Part shown: in pieces, positions 15,220 to 24,514 of the stretch
Layout of the letters: each line of letters starts with the position of its first letter
Numbering within the stretch: the stretch's first letter is position 1
Source: a virus
Reading direction: 5' to 3' (one strand)
Virus record (IMG/VR): IMGVR_UViG_3300043119_000192
Span: 1 to 38,346 of that record
Length of the DNA: 38,346 nt
Program-made: the position numbers and the translations under genes
Notes under the pieces: generated by a model
What the model was told of the DNA's origin: nothing
What the model saw: only the letters and a program-made list of their open reading frames with translations
Database searches by the model: none

Positions 15220-15693
15220 CTAAAACTCCAAAGTCCCATCGTCGCCAGTTTCAAGCTGATCGACCGGACCCGTGGTGAATACCCGCCCGATCCAATAGCC
15301 CTTGTTCCCCCCGCCAAGGGGCATCTTGCGCGGCTGCACTTCGGAGGGCTGCGCGTGAAGGTTCAAGAGCGCCTGATAGGCCCGGACGAAGTTAGCCCGC
15401 GTGTCCTGCATGACCGTCTTGCCGAAGCTGGGCGCAATCCGCAGCGCGAGGCCGGTAACAATGGCATCCCAAGCGCTGTCCGGTGCCGCCGTCTCGTCTG
15501 TAAGCTCGCCAGTGCCCGGTCCGGATGGAATGGGGTATCCAATGCGAATGCCGCGCGCGTTCCATTCCGCCATCATGCTATCAAGGCGGCGCATGGCGCT
15601 GGTCAGTTCCTCAGCAGTCGCGTCGTAGTTGTACGCGGCAAGGCCGATCTCTTCCATCGCACCATCAATGAAGTCGCGTCTCGTATAGGACAT
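15220..15693 (-). CDS. P22 gp4-like head-to-tail adaptor (tail accessory factor)
   Basis: LDSMMAEWNARGIRIGY resembles the P22 gp4 block LEAMMAEW. The size (157 aa) and position fit. Confidence 0.65.
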   Translation of the reverse strand: MSYTRRDFIDGAMEEIGLAAYNYDATAEELTSAMRRLDSMMAEWNARGIRIGYPIPSGPGTGELTDETAAPDSAWDAIVTGLALRIAPSFGKTVMQDTRANFVRAYQALLNLHAQPSEVQPRKMPLGGGNKGYWIGRVFTTGPVDQLETGDDGTLEF

Positions 15694-16016
15694 TAGGCCC
15701 GCTCCGCAATGCGCTGCGCAAGCACCTTGTCAGTCGTGCGCGCGTTGAACCCAATGCCAAGTTCGCGCGCTTTCTGTTCCAGTTCGTCGCGGGTGGCAGG
15801 CGATACATCGTCAATGGCCTCCATGGCTTCAACAACATCAGCAATAATAGCACCAGCTTCCACGCCTGCCACAGCTTCGGCAAGTGTCAGCCGCCAGCCG
15901 TCAGCCAAAGCCGCGTCAAGCTCATCCTCATTGTTTACGCCAAGATAGCTAAACGTACCGCCGCCGTGCAAGCGATGCTCACCGGGTACGCGATAGACCA
16001 TTTCAGGAAAGGTCAC
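15693..16016 (-). CDS. Hypothetical protein (107 aa)
   Basis: The GTG start overlaps the upstream TGA (GTGA). An alternative ATG is at 16001. The sequence is acidic and helical. Confidence 0.5.
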   Translation of the reverse strand: MTFPEMVYRVPGEHRLHGGGTFSYLGVNNEDELDAALADGWRLTLAEAVAGVEAGAIIADVVEAMEAIDDVSPATRDELEQKARELGIGFNARTTDKVLAQRIAERA

Positions 16017-16150
16017 TTCTTCCGCCCTTTCGCCTTCTTGGCCACGCTCAAAGCGATGGCCACCGCCTGCTTTTGGGGCTTGCTTGCCATCATCTCTTTC
16101 TTGATGTTGGCTGATACGGTTTTAGGTCCGTAACCCTTCTTCATTGGCAT
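16013..16150 (-). CDS. Small basic protein (45 aa)
   Basis: MPMKKGYGPKTVSANIKKEMMASKPQKQAVAIALSVAKKAKGRKK. There is a strong AGGAGA Shine-Dalgarno upstream. The longer track ORF start overlaps the preceding gene. Confidence 0.55.
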   Translation of the reverse strand: MPMKKGYGPKTVSANIKKEMMASKPQKQAVAIALSVAKKAKGRKK

Positions 16151-16205
16151 TCCCTTATCTCCTGCAAGGGTGGGGCGACGGCAGGAGAACCGCCGCCCCG
16201 GATCA

Positions 16206-16799
16206 TCACGACAGGCGGTACGTGACGAAGGTGTTCGCAGCCGTCTTGCGAGTGCGGAAACGGCCCGAAGTGTTGGCCGCAACTGCACCAGCGCCGACAA
16301 CCGTATGGCCAGTCGAGGCCGTCACGGTGAAGGCGTTCGTGCCGCCGGTATTAATCGCAGTCCAATCGACATAATCGTTGATCGCGAACGACTGCGCCGC
16401 GTCAAAGATAGTGCCGGTATCGAGCGTGGCAGCTACGACAGCCGCCGTGGTAGAGGTGACAATGCCGCCAAACACAAGCGCCGCCGTCAGGGTGCCGGTG
16501 GCGTTCAACACGCCCGGCGTGGGCTGCGTCGGCAATTCAGGAATGAATGCCCCCGTGCCGACCGAATAAAGCAGCGGGAAGTCGCTGCCGCCTTCGATCT
16601 TGATGCTTGCCGCCGCCGAAAAGGTGCTAGACGTGTAGGCACCAACGCCACGAAACAGGATCGTGGAATATACCGGGCCATTGGTCGAAGGCTGCGAAAG
16701 CTGCGTTACGGTGTAGTAGCCATCCGAATAAACAGCCAGACGCGACGAAGCCGGAACGGTAACAACCGCAGGGGCGAGGAAAGGAACAATGTTGGACAT
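16206..16799 (-). CDS. Hypothetical capsid-associated protein (197 aa; decoration-protein position)
   Basis: It lies immediately downstream of the coat gene and is Thr/Ala/Gly-rich and beta-type in composition. Confidence 0.5.
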   Translation of the reverse strand: MSNIVPFLAPAVVTVPASSRLAVYSDGYYTVTQLSQPSTNGPVYSTILFRGVGAYTSSTFSAAASIKIEGGSDFPLLYSVGTGAFIPELPTQPTPGVLNATGTLTAALVFGGIVTSTTAAVVAATLDTGTIFDAAQSFAINDYVDWTAINTGGTNAFTVTASTGHTVVGAGAVAANTSGRFRTRKTAANTFVTYRLS

Positions 16800-16844
16800 G
16801 ATGAAACTCCTTGAATCGGCGGGAGCCGAAGCCCCCGCCTTCCC

Positions 16845-18110
16845 TTACGGCTGGCCAAACATCAGAATGCCGTTCATCTCTGGGTTCTTGTTCACGACAC
16901 CGAAAAAGATGTCGAAAGTAAGATCGGAAACGAACGTCGAGCCGCTGAATTGCTTGGTCATAACCAGTTCAATGCCGCCGTCCAGCGTTGCGCGCATGAC
17001 TTCCGCGCCCTGACCGGACGGGACTGCATAGCGGCCCGGCAGCAGTTCAATGCTGTCCTTGTACCAGAACGGATTGATCCCAGCCGCGTTGTCGTTCAGC
17101 CAGTTGATTGCAGCAGTGGCAGACGTAGTGACAACCTCGCAGTTCTTGTACTGGCGCTCTGCATCGGTCGGAGCCGAGTTTGCACCAATGATCGGCGGCG
17201 AGATAATAACATCGGTCGAGCTACCTGCGACAACCGCAATGATACGGTACGTCTTGAGACGGCCCGAACTTTCCTTCGTGACCATATGCACGTTCTCAAT
17301 GCCAGCAATCTCGAAGGCATCGCCCGCGCGCACGTTGGCGTTCGACGAAAGCGTCACGCGCTGATAACGGTTGTCCACATTGCTGCCAGTCGCGTCCGTG
17401 GTGACAGGAACGTAGCGGACCTGCGCACCGTTCGTGGCAATCGTGATCGAACCGCCACCACCAGCGGCAGCAAGACGCTTGCCCGCGTCGGTCTTGAACG
17501 TCGAGAAGCCAGCGACTTCACCGACATACGAACGCTCATAAGCCGAAGTCGGCTTGCCGGTCATGGTCTGACGGCCTGCCAGATTGCCAGCAAGGCCGTT
17601 ATAGTCGCGCGAGGCCAAAACCATGTAACGCTCATCCATCGGAACGCCGGTTTCGTTCATCAGGGAATCAGCAAGAGCGATGTCATCATAGTCGCCAGCC
17701 GCGCCGGTAACAGGGACCACAAGAGTGCCCTGCATTGATGCAACATCGCGGATGGCGACATTCAGATCGGTTGCAAGCTGCGTACCAGCGGCGGTTGCAA
17801 GTCGGCCTTCCTGCGCCGCATCGCGCATTTCAAGCGCGTTGAGAGATAGGTTGACGTTCCTGTTGAAGCCCAGACGCGAAGGCACGGTAAGCTGGTTGGC
17901 CGACTGCTGGCCAATCGGAGTGCCAACAACGCGTTCCTGCGAGGTGACGATGTAGGTCATGGGACGCCAGATCGTATCGTTGGCGCGCTCCATCGAAACG
18001 CCATCGGTGCCGAAGGTGGCAACGTTCTTGAGCATCACAAGCTGGTTTTCGAATGCCGCACCGACACTCTCAAACGCAACAATCTGTTGCTTGGAAAATG
18101 AGTTAGCCAT
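16845..18110 (-). CDS. Major capsid protein, P22 coat-protein family
   Basis: The blocks DTIWRPM and VDNRYQRVTLSSNANVRAGDAFEIAGI parallel P22 gp5 ([34 protein letters not shown]). The size is about 421 aa. ATG at 18110 has GGAGA 7 nt upstream. Confidence 0.9.
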   Translation of the reverse strand: MANSFSKQQIVAFESVGAAFENQLVMLKNVATFGTDGVSMERANDTIWRPMTYIVTSQERVVGTPIGQQSANQLTVPSRLGFNRNVNLSLNALEMRDAAQEGRLATAAGTQLATDLNVAIRDVASMQGTLVVPVTGAAGDYDDIALADSLMNETGVPMDERYMVLASRDYNGLAGNLAGRQTMTGKPTSAYERSYVGEVAGFSTFKTDAGKRLAAAGGGGSITIATNGAQVRYVPVTTDATGSNVDNRYQRVTLSSNANVRAGDAFEIAGIENVHMVTKESSGRLKTYRIIAVVAGSSTDVIISPPIIGANSAPTDAERQYKNCEVVTTSATAAINWLNDNAAGINPFWYKDSIELLPGRYAVPSGQGAEVMRATLDGGIELVMTKQFSGSTFVSDLTFDIFFGVVNKNPEMNGILMFGQP

Positions 18111-18262
18111 GGGTTGTCTCCACATATGGCGAGAACGGAGTAGGCTTTAAGCCCGGTTCAGAACTCGCCTATCAGGGTAAGGCGGAAACCCATGGACTGC
18201 GCATTTATAGCCGCGCGAGGGCTGATAGGGCGGATGCTACCACACAACCGCCCTATATGCAA

Positions 18263-19084
18263 CTAGGCCGCGCGGCTCCGCTTGTAAGCCATCACCTTGG
18301 AAAAGTCGCCGGTCTTAGCCGCATCCTCGCGCAACCGTTCCAGCGTGTTATCCGTGCTGACAACGCCAGTGCCAGACGGTACGCTAACCGAACGCTCCGG
18401 AGAAACGGCAGGCTTGCGGGTTGCTTTCACGCTCATTTCCAATCGTACAGCTTCCGCCACGAACTCGGCGTAATCCTTGATCTTTGCCAGCGCAGCCGCC
18501 TTTGCCGGGTTCTTGCCTAGCGCATAAACGAGCGTCGGCGCGTCCTTAGCCACCTTGATAAGCAGGCCCTGCTGCGTCACATCGAACGTGTCTTGAACGA
18601 AAGCTTCGGCATCATCGTAATCAGGGACGGGCAGCTTGGCCTTGGCTTCCTGATAGCTGGCAACCTTGGCCTGCCATGCATCTTGCTCAGCGCGCTGGCG
18701 TTCTTCTGCTTCGCGCTGCGATGCTTCAACCTTGGCCTTATCCTGATACCATGCCTCAAGCGCGCTCTCGAATGCGCCTTCGTCATAGTCGCAGCCTTCC
18801 AGCGTAGGCTTTGCGCCAAGCTTGGGGGCATCAGGTGCGGGGGTGGTTGCGGCCTCAAGTTCCTTGACGCGGCGCTGAAGCTCGCGCTTTTCCTTCTCGC
18901 GCTCCCGGTCACGCTTGCGAAGTTCCTGCACCCATGCCGGGGCCTTGGCTACTTCGTCCTCAGATACCTCGCCGTCCGGTTCCTCGTCACCGATCTGGAC
19001 GACTAGCGGGCCATCCTCTTCGACCGGCTGCGGTTCCTCTACGGCTTCAATAGTCGGCTCGATTACCTCTTGTTCTTCGTCCAT
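18263..19084 (-). CDS. Scaffolding protein
   Basis: It sits between the portal and coat genes and is a highly charged helical Glu/Lys/Ala-rich sequence of 273 aa. Confidence 0.8.
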   Translation of the reverse strand: MDEEQEVIEPTIEAVEEPQPVEEDGPLVVQIGDEEPDGEVSEDEVAKAPAWVQELRKRDREREKEKRELQRRVKELEAATTPAPDAPKLGAKPTLEGCDYDEGAFESALEAWYQDKAKVEASQREAEERQRAEQDAWQAKVASYQEAKAKLPVPDYDDAEAFVQDTFDVTQQGLLIKVAKDAPTLVYALGKNPAKAAALAKIKDYAEFVAEAVRLEMSVKATRKPAVSPERSVSVPSGTGVVSTDNTLERLREDAAKTGDFSKVMAYKRSRAA

Positions 19085-19097
19085 GCTTTGCGCCCTC

Positions 19098-21158
19098 CTA
19101 AGCGCCTAGTTGCGCGCCAAGCCCTGCCATGATCTCCGCAGTCTCGGCCCGTGTCTTGTCTGCATCCGCGATGGACTTGGCAGTGTCAGCCTGCGCCTTC
19201 TGTGCCAGCGCCTGTTCCTTCTCAGCCGCTGCTGCGAGGTACACCGCGTTAGGATCGGGCTGGCCTTGCGCCTGCGCAGCCGCTTCCATTTCCGCGCGCT
19301 CTTCCTCGTTGGGTTCGATCACGCCCATTTGGACAAGCTGGCGGCGATAGTAGTTATTCACATCACCAAGGCCCTCGCCTTCCACGTTCATGAGGATAAG
19401 CGAGGTAAGCACCTTGGCGTCCTGCGGGTCTTGCGCCATCGGCAACAGGCCAGACAGAGCCCGCACCATCGCATCCCGGCGCGAGGTGAAGGACGGGCCA
19501 ACATCGGACACAACGTCCAAGTCTGCCGCGCTCATGTCGTTCTTAAGGACTTCCTTACCGCTCTCATCAAGCACCGGCTTGGCAAGCTCTACGCTGGAAA
19601 TGTCCCCGCGCTCGCCTACGCTCTTCATCGCGCGGCCTTCCTCGACGTAAATCTCTTTGGCCATTGACAGCCAAATCTCGCCGCAGCGCCTCATGCTTTT
19701 GGCAAAGTTGCTCATGTAGATGAACGACTGCATATCGAGCCGCTGCTGGATCATCTCCACGGCTTTACCGGAGATGTTCGAAACCATCTGTTCCGCGCCT
19801 TGGTTCATGCCCAAGATCTCGTTCATGTCCGCGCCGCATTGCGTAATCAGCGCCGCGAGGGCCTGCGGAATGTCGGGGGCCTCAAGATAGCCAACCGGCC
19901 CCATAGGCTGCGCCATGCCATCAGGGCCAATGATTGAATTGACGCGAAGGAATGGCAGGTTCTTGATGTTCGCTTCGGACCATTCCTGCTGAAGCCCGGC
20001 AATCTGCTCGCTGGCAAAGATGGGCTTGCGGGTTGGCGAGATAGCCGCGATGTCAGCCAACAGGCTGATCATCATGTTGTAGATACGCTGCGCATCCTTG
20101 GCCAAGCGCACGATGCCCATGCAGCGTTCGATGTTATCGACAAACCACCGCTTGCCGTACACCGGAATGATCGGAATGTTCTTGCCCGCGATGTGGCCGC
20201 AATCCTCTAGGATGCGTGCGCCGTTCAGGATATACTTGCGGACCTTACGGCGCTTGACCTTGCGCGCCTTAACCTCGATCACCCCCTTCCCAGCTAGATC
20301 GGCCAGAGCCGCGTCAATCGCGGTTTGGTCGCTCTCCACATCGTCACCGATGATCTTTTCGCCCATGTCGTCTAGTTCGTCGTCGGTGTACTTGACCGGC
20401 TGGCCATCAGGATCGACGAAGGTGCGAACGTTCTCGCGCACCTCTTCGACCTTGTAGTATTCCGCGATGTAGACGCCATCTGGCGTGTTCCAGTCAAAAT
20501 AGGCGGTATTAATATCTTTCGGCCATGAGGCAGGATCGTCGCCCCACTCTGCCTTGTAAGCCTCGCTGGCCATGAAGTAGACCACGAAACAATGCTTGGC
20601 GTCTGCCTTGTCCGCGCGCTTGGCGTTCACGTCGAAGTAAACGCTGGTGTCCGCGTCATAGATCGGCTCAATGCGGATGCGCTGCCGCTCGTTTTCGTCG
20701 TCGTACTCGTCTTCGTAATCAGCCCGCAAACGGAATGCGCCAAAGCCACCGCCTGCCGCTTCCTCAAATGCGTTGTCGTAAGCCTCTTCGGCTGCGCTAT
20801 CCTGTTCGTCTGCCCGGTAAAGCCCGTCGCACACATCGGCCAGCGCGCTATCAGTGCCGTCACGGGCCACGAAGTCCACGCTAATACGGTTGTTGCGGTA
20901 CTCGTTGATGACGCGCATGACAGCCTGATGAACCTTGTTGTTCTCAAGCTTCGGGCGGTTCTCAAATTGCTCGGCTAGATCGCCTTCCCACTGCGCCCCG
21001 ACAATGGAGTAGAAGCGCCGGTCCTCTACGCACTGGCGGCGTACGTCGCGGTTAGCCTTCTGGGTCGCGTCAAACTCGGCGCGGGCCTGTGCCAGCACAC
21101 CTGCATACACTTCGGCTTTGGTTTTGCGCGCCATTAAAACCTCTGGCTCCACTGTCAT
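19098..21158 (-). CDS. Portal protein
   Basis: 686 aa, located after the large terminase. The N-terminal RRFYSIVGAQWEGD block is portal-like. An alternative start at 21134 (MARKTKAE) has an AGAGG SD. Confidence 0.85.
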   Translation of the reverse strand: MTVEPEVLMARKTKAEVYAGVLAQARAEFDATQKANRDVRRQCVEDRRFYSIVGAQWEGDLAEQFENRPKLENNKVHQAVMRVINEYRNNRISVDFVARDGTDSALADVCDGLYRADEQDSAAEEAYDNAFEEAAGGGFGAFRLRADYEDEYDDENERQRIRIEPIYDADTSVYFDVNAKRADKADAKHCFVVYFMASEAYKAEWGDDPASWPKDINTAYFDWNTPDGVYIAEYYKVEEVRENVRTFVDPDGQPVKYTDDELDDMGEKIIGDDVESDQTAIDAALADLAGKGVIEVKARKVKRRKVRKYILNGARILEDCGHIAGKNIPIIPVYGKRWFVDNIERCMGIVRLAKDAQRIYNMMISLLADIAAISPTRKPIFASEQIAGLQQEWSEANIKNLPFLRVNSIIGPDGMAQPMGPVGYLEAPDIPQALAALITQCGADMNEILGMNQGAEQMVSNISGKAVEMIQQRLDMQSFIYMSNFAKSMRRCGEIWLSMAKEIYVEEGRAMKSVGERGDISSVELAKPVLDESGKEVLKNDMSAADLDVVSDVGPSFTSRRDAMVRALSGLLPMAQDPQDAKVLTSLILMNVEGEGLGDVNNYYRRQLVQMGVIEPNEEERAEMEAAAQAQGQPDPNAVYLAAAAEKEQALAQKAQADTAKSIADADKTRAETAEIMAGLGAQLGA

Positions 21159-21202
21159 CGCGACGTTGAGCGCTGCAACCTTACCCTATGCGGCAATCAC
21201 CG

Positions 21203-22657
21203 TCAACGCCTGCCCCACTTAGTGACAATCGGCATGGGCGCGGCTTGTGCCATCGTGATCGGAATAGGCATCCGCTGCACATCGGCAATCGCGTCAAACA
21301 TCGGATCAAGCTGGTCGTCATGCGCGCCGCTTGGGAACGTGCTAGCCTCGCTCAATAAGCCGTCTAGCCAATCAGTCCACTCCGGCAGTGTGACGTTGCC
21401 GCTCTCGATAAACGCAGCCGCATCATAAGCCCGGCTTACCTTGTCCCGATTGCGCTGCACCGCCAAGACTGGAACACCTTCACGCCGCAAGGTCTGAATA
21501 AGCCCGGTACCGCTAACCTTGTCCTCAACCTTCATGCCGCGCAATGGCGGGCCTTGTTCCGCGCTATGCCTAAGCCAGAATGCACGAGCTTGCGCTAGTA
21601 GATCGGGCGCCTCCCATTTGCCGCGTATCTGGTCGAGTAAGACAGCCTGCCCCGTTGTCGAGCGGCCCCAACACTGGAACACGCTGTAATCGTTTTCCTC
21701 GCCAGTCTTTTGCGCCGTGTCAGCGTAGATTTGCCGCCATTCCAGCGCGGGAGTGTCTCGATAGTAGCGAAACCATGCGGTCTTGATGATACCGCCACCC
21801 CGAGGCGCGGGGCGCTGTTGTAGCTGCCCTGCAACGGCATAGCTGCCCATTGCGCGCTCAAGCTCGCTCACTTGTTCTTCAGGAAAGCGCTCAGGGAACA
21901 TCAGTTCGCCTTCACGCGTGCGAGGATCACCAGCACCAATCGCGTGTCTGGAGCGGCCCTTTTCCCAGCGCATGGGGATACACAAGTGATCGTAACCTAG
22001 ATCAATCGCAACCGCCGATACGTCTGCCTCATTAAGGCGCTGCATCACGATAACGACGGCGGATTGATCGTTGTTCACACGGCTAGGTAACGCTTCCTTG
22101 AAGGTCGTTACGGATGATTGCAGCAAGGCGGTGCTGTTTGCATCGTCAACCGAATGCGGGTCGTCCAAGATAACTCTATCGCTGCGAGAGCCGGTCATGC
22201 TTGTGAATGCCATTGCCTCACGAAAGCCGGTGCGGTCGTTCTCGAACTTGGTCTTTGCGTTCTGATCGCTGGTGAGCATGATAGGCCAGCGCTCTTGGAA
22301 CCATGCCGATTGGATCAAGCGGCGGCACTTCATGCTATCACGAACGGCAAGGTCTTGTTTGTGCGCCGTGCCAAGGAAGCGCATTTCTTGCCGGTCAAGC
22401 GGCCCCCATTCCCATGCAGGCCAGATGACACCAGTTAGCAGGGACTTCATCGAACCCGGCGGGACGTTCATCAGCAGGCGACGAATGTCACCACGCGATA
22501 CCGCTTCCAGATGCTCGCATATGGCGTCTAGCGCCCATCCCCAACGCAATGGTGTCGCAGGCTCAAGAACGGGCCAAGCCATGCGCGCAAAGTCTGCAAG
22601 GGAGCGTTTGGCAAGCTCCACCTCACATGCGCGAATGTCAGCCGCCGTTAGCTGCAT
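21203..22657 (-). CDS. terL: Terminase large subunit
   Basis: Walker A-like VPPGSMKS and Walker B RVILDDPH, with a C-terminal nuclease-type DYSV...HDDQLD. Confidence 0.9.
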   Translation of the reverse strand: MQLTAADIRACEVELAKRSLADFARMAWPVLEPATPLRWGWALDAICEHLEAVSRGDIRRLLMNVPPGSMKSLLTGVIWPAWEWGPLDRQEMRFLGTAHKQDLAVRDSMKCRRLIQSAWFQERWPIMLTSDQNAKTKFENDRTGFREAMAFTSMTGSRSDRVILDDPHSVDDANSTALLQSSVTTFKEALPSRVNNDQSAVVIVMQRLNEADVSAVAIDLGYDHLCIPMRWEKGRSRHAIGAGDPRTREGELMFPERFPEEQVSELERAMGSYAVAGQLQQRPAPRGGGIIKTAWFRYYRDTPALEWRQIYADTAQKTGEENDYSVFQCWGRSTTGQAVLLDQIRGKWEAPDLLAQARAFWLRHSAEQGPPLRGMKVEDKVSGTGLIQTLRREGVPVLAVQRNRDKVSRAYDAAAFIESGNVTLPEWTDWLDGLLSEASTFPSGAHDDQLDPMFDAIADVQRMPIPITMAQAAPMPIVTKWGRR

Positions 22658-23078
22658 TCAAAATCTCGCGTAGGGCCTCGGCAGAAAGCTTCGATGCATC
22701 AAGCCCGGACTTTGGCGTCATGCTGCCATCACTTGAACGATGATCGCGCTTTTCGACAATCAGGCCATGCAGTTTTGCCTTGCCCATCGAAGCGCTAACA
22801 GCCGCGCTCGCTTGTGCCTCTTGAAGGGCAAGGGCGCGAGCTTCTTCTAGTTCTTGGGTGATGCTGGCAACGGTTACAATGCAGCGTTCTGCGGCAGCTG
22901 CTTGCAATTCGGAAGCCCTTCCCGCGACCTTCCCGCAAGCAAGTAGCTCGCAAGCCCGCTTCCATACGGTTTCTGGCTTCATGTTTTCCGCATCATAGGC
23001 GCGTCGATAGGCTTCGCTTGCGTTGCCGGTTTCGACATACGCACATGCAAAAGCCTCTTGTTTCGGTGTTAATGCCAT
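22638..23078 (-). CDS. terS: Terminase small subunit
   Basis: LTPKQEAFACAYVETGNASEAYRRAY is the classic Terminase_2-type N-terminal HTH. It overlaps terL by 20 nt. ATG at 23078 has a GGTGGG SD. Confidence 0.85.
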   Translation of the reverse strand: MALTPKQEAFACAYVETGNASEAYRRAYDAENMKPETVWKRACELLACGKVAGRASELQAAAAERCIVTVASITQELEEARALALQEAQASAAVSASMGKAKLHGLIVEKRDHRSSDGSMTPKSGLDASKLSAEALREILNAANGG

Positions 23079-23227
23079 CCCACCACTCGAAACATTTGAA
23101 GTTCGTTTGCCTTTTTGGCAAGGCGCGGCTTCCAAAGCTGCCACCACCGCCGGTCAGGGTTTGGCACCATGCGATAAACGCCTTCAATCGTGAAGGTATC
23201 ACCGATCTTGATTATGCTATCCGCCAT
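23069..23227 (-). CDS. Small hypothetical protein (52 aa, below the ORF-track cutoff)
   Basis: MADSIIKIGDTFTIEGVYRMVPNPDRRWWQLWKPRLAKKANELQMFRVVGWH. It overlaps the terS start by 10 nt. Confidence 0.35.
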   Translation of the reverse strand: MADSIIKIGDTFTIEGVYRMVPNPDRRWWQLWKPRLAKKANELQMFRVVGWH

Positions 23228-23266
23228 GCGTTCAGCCTACCATTTTGCGAGGGCGTGGGCAAGGTG

Positions 23267-23494
23267 TCATGCTTTCCACTCGCCAGTATCAGCCAATGCG
23301 CCAGCGTCTATCGCTAGGGCGAGCATGGCTTCAATGGGATCGTTTCCCTCACCAGTGGCAAGGGAAGGCGCATCATCCGGCGCGTCAACATGGCAAAGCG
23401 CTGCAATCCACTTCCGATCACGCTTCAACCATCCGATGGCAACGTAAGTGTCGCGGGGAAACTTGGTCCGGTCAATTTGCTTTGTCCATGTCAT
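23267..23494 (-). CDS. Hypothetical protein (75 aa)
   Basis: ATG start with an ATGA-type overlap with the upstream ORF. Composition is plausible for a coding sequence. Confidence 0.55.
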   Translation of the reverse strand: MTWTKQIDRTKFPRDTYVAIGWLKRDRKWIAALCHVDAPDDAPSLATGEGNDPIEAMLALAIDAGALADTGEWKA

Positions 23495-23781
23495 GCGCCA
23501 TCATCTCCGTCACTGTCTGCTAGGGTGTCGCGGGGCCAGTTGCGCGTCCAATCCTCCACACACCGTGCGGGAACGGGTTCCCCAAGGTATCGCGCTGGCA
23601 GTTCACCACGGTCTAGCATTTCCAGCATGATTGAGGCGGGGCCGCTGATATTGCGTTCGCCAGTTGCCCAGCGATGCACCGTCGACCGATCAGCAATGCG
23701 AAGGATGCGGGCTACCTGTGCGATAGGCGGATTGCAACAGCTATTTTGCACCCGGCTCAATTTTCTGCACCGCCACAACAT
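23491..23781 (-). CDS. HTH DNA-binding protein (possible late-gene regulator)
   Basis: PPIAQVARILRIADRSTVHRWATGERNISG is a clear helix-turn-helix. The start is uncertain (ATG 23781/23796 or GTG 23751). The longer track ORF overlaps the 68-aa gene. Confidence 0.6.
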   Translation of the reverse strand: MLWRCRKLSRVQNSCCNPPIAQVARILRIADRSTVHRWATGERNISGPASIMLEMLDRGELPARYLGEPVPARCVEDWTRNWPRDTLADSDGDDGA

Positions 23782-23947
23782 CGCCCCCCGATCCATCGTG
23801 CAGCCAAACAATCTGCTTGGCAGTGTAGCGGTTGGTTCGATCTGCAAAGCCACTTCGCAGTTGGATATGATACTCGCTGCCATCGTCGGGGGGATTGCGC
23901 TTGCCGGAGATAAGCTGGAAGCCGGGTGCTGGTATGGGTTCAAACAT
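23741..23947 (-). CDS. Hypothetical protein (68 aa)
   Basis: MFEPIPAPGFQLISGKRNPPDDGSEYHIQLR... with AAGGA 11 nt upstream of the ATG. Confidence 0.5.
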   Translation of the reverse strand: MFEPIPAPGFQLISGKRNPPDDGSEYHIQLRSGFADRTNRYTAKQIVWLHDGSGGDVVAVQKIEPGAK

Positions 23948-24239
23948 TGGCCTGCATCCTTAAGACATAGCCCGGCCCCCGTCGTAGGTGCTCCCAACAA
24001 GGGACGCAAGACGGTTGCCTAGATGCTTCATCCTTGTTTCACTGCACCTGCCCTATACCTCTCGGCGGGGGGCCAGCCCGGTCTCCTCCGATGGTGTACC
24101 AGCTTGACTACTGGATTGCCTGCCGAGGTCGCATTCATCGCCCGCATTGAGCAACGGCATTAAAACGTGGTGCAGTTATACCTAAGCCCACATCAGGCAT
24201 CGGTGGCGCGGGGGTAAACGCCCAAGGTACAGCCCGCTT

Positions 24240-24413
24240 TTACGTGAAACGGGCAAACACGTTGTGAAGCTCGCCATTTGCCGGAATTAACTCGGCGCGC
24301 TGGTTTGCTTCAAGGCAGCTTTTTGGGGTGAGCCGGTACAACGCCAATTCGAACCGTCTTGCAATGACCGATTGAAGGCTGTATAAGGGCCGTGCAAACC
24401 AATCGGGCCGCAT
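24240..24413 (-). CDS. Candidate small protein (57 aa, below the ORF-track cutoff) in the 0.5-kb gap
   Basis: AGGAGGG lies 8 nt upstream of the ATG. The SD sits in the loop of an 8-bp hairpin (24405-24436) that pairs with part of the start codon. GC3 is only moderate by hand count. Confidence 0.35.
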   Translation of the reverse strand: MRPDWFARPLYSLQSVIARRFELALYRLTPKSCLEANQRAELIPANGELHNVFARFT

Positions 24414-24514
24414 AGGATCACCCTCCTGTGCGGCCCAAACTTTGTGTGCGATGCGCGCGTTAAAGTCAAGATTGGCGATTAATCGGAAATTTTTGTCAAT
24501 TAGCGCTGATTAAT

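Noticed and set aside
24347-24355. A tRNA T-loop-like GGTTCGAAT on the minus strand in the 0.5-kb gap
   Set aside because: The flanking bases do not form a T-stem, and no acceptor or anticodon arms could be built. I found no tRNA anywhere in the window.
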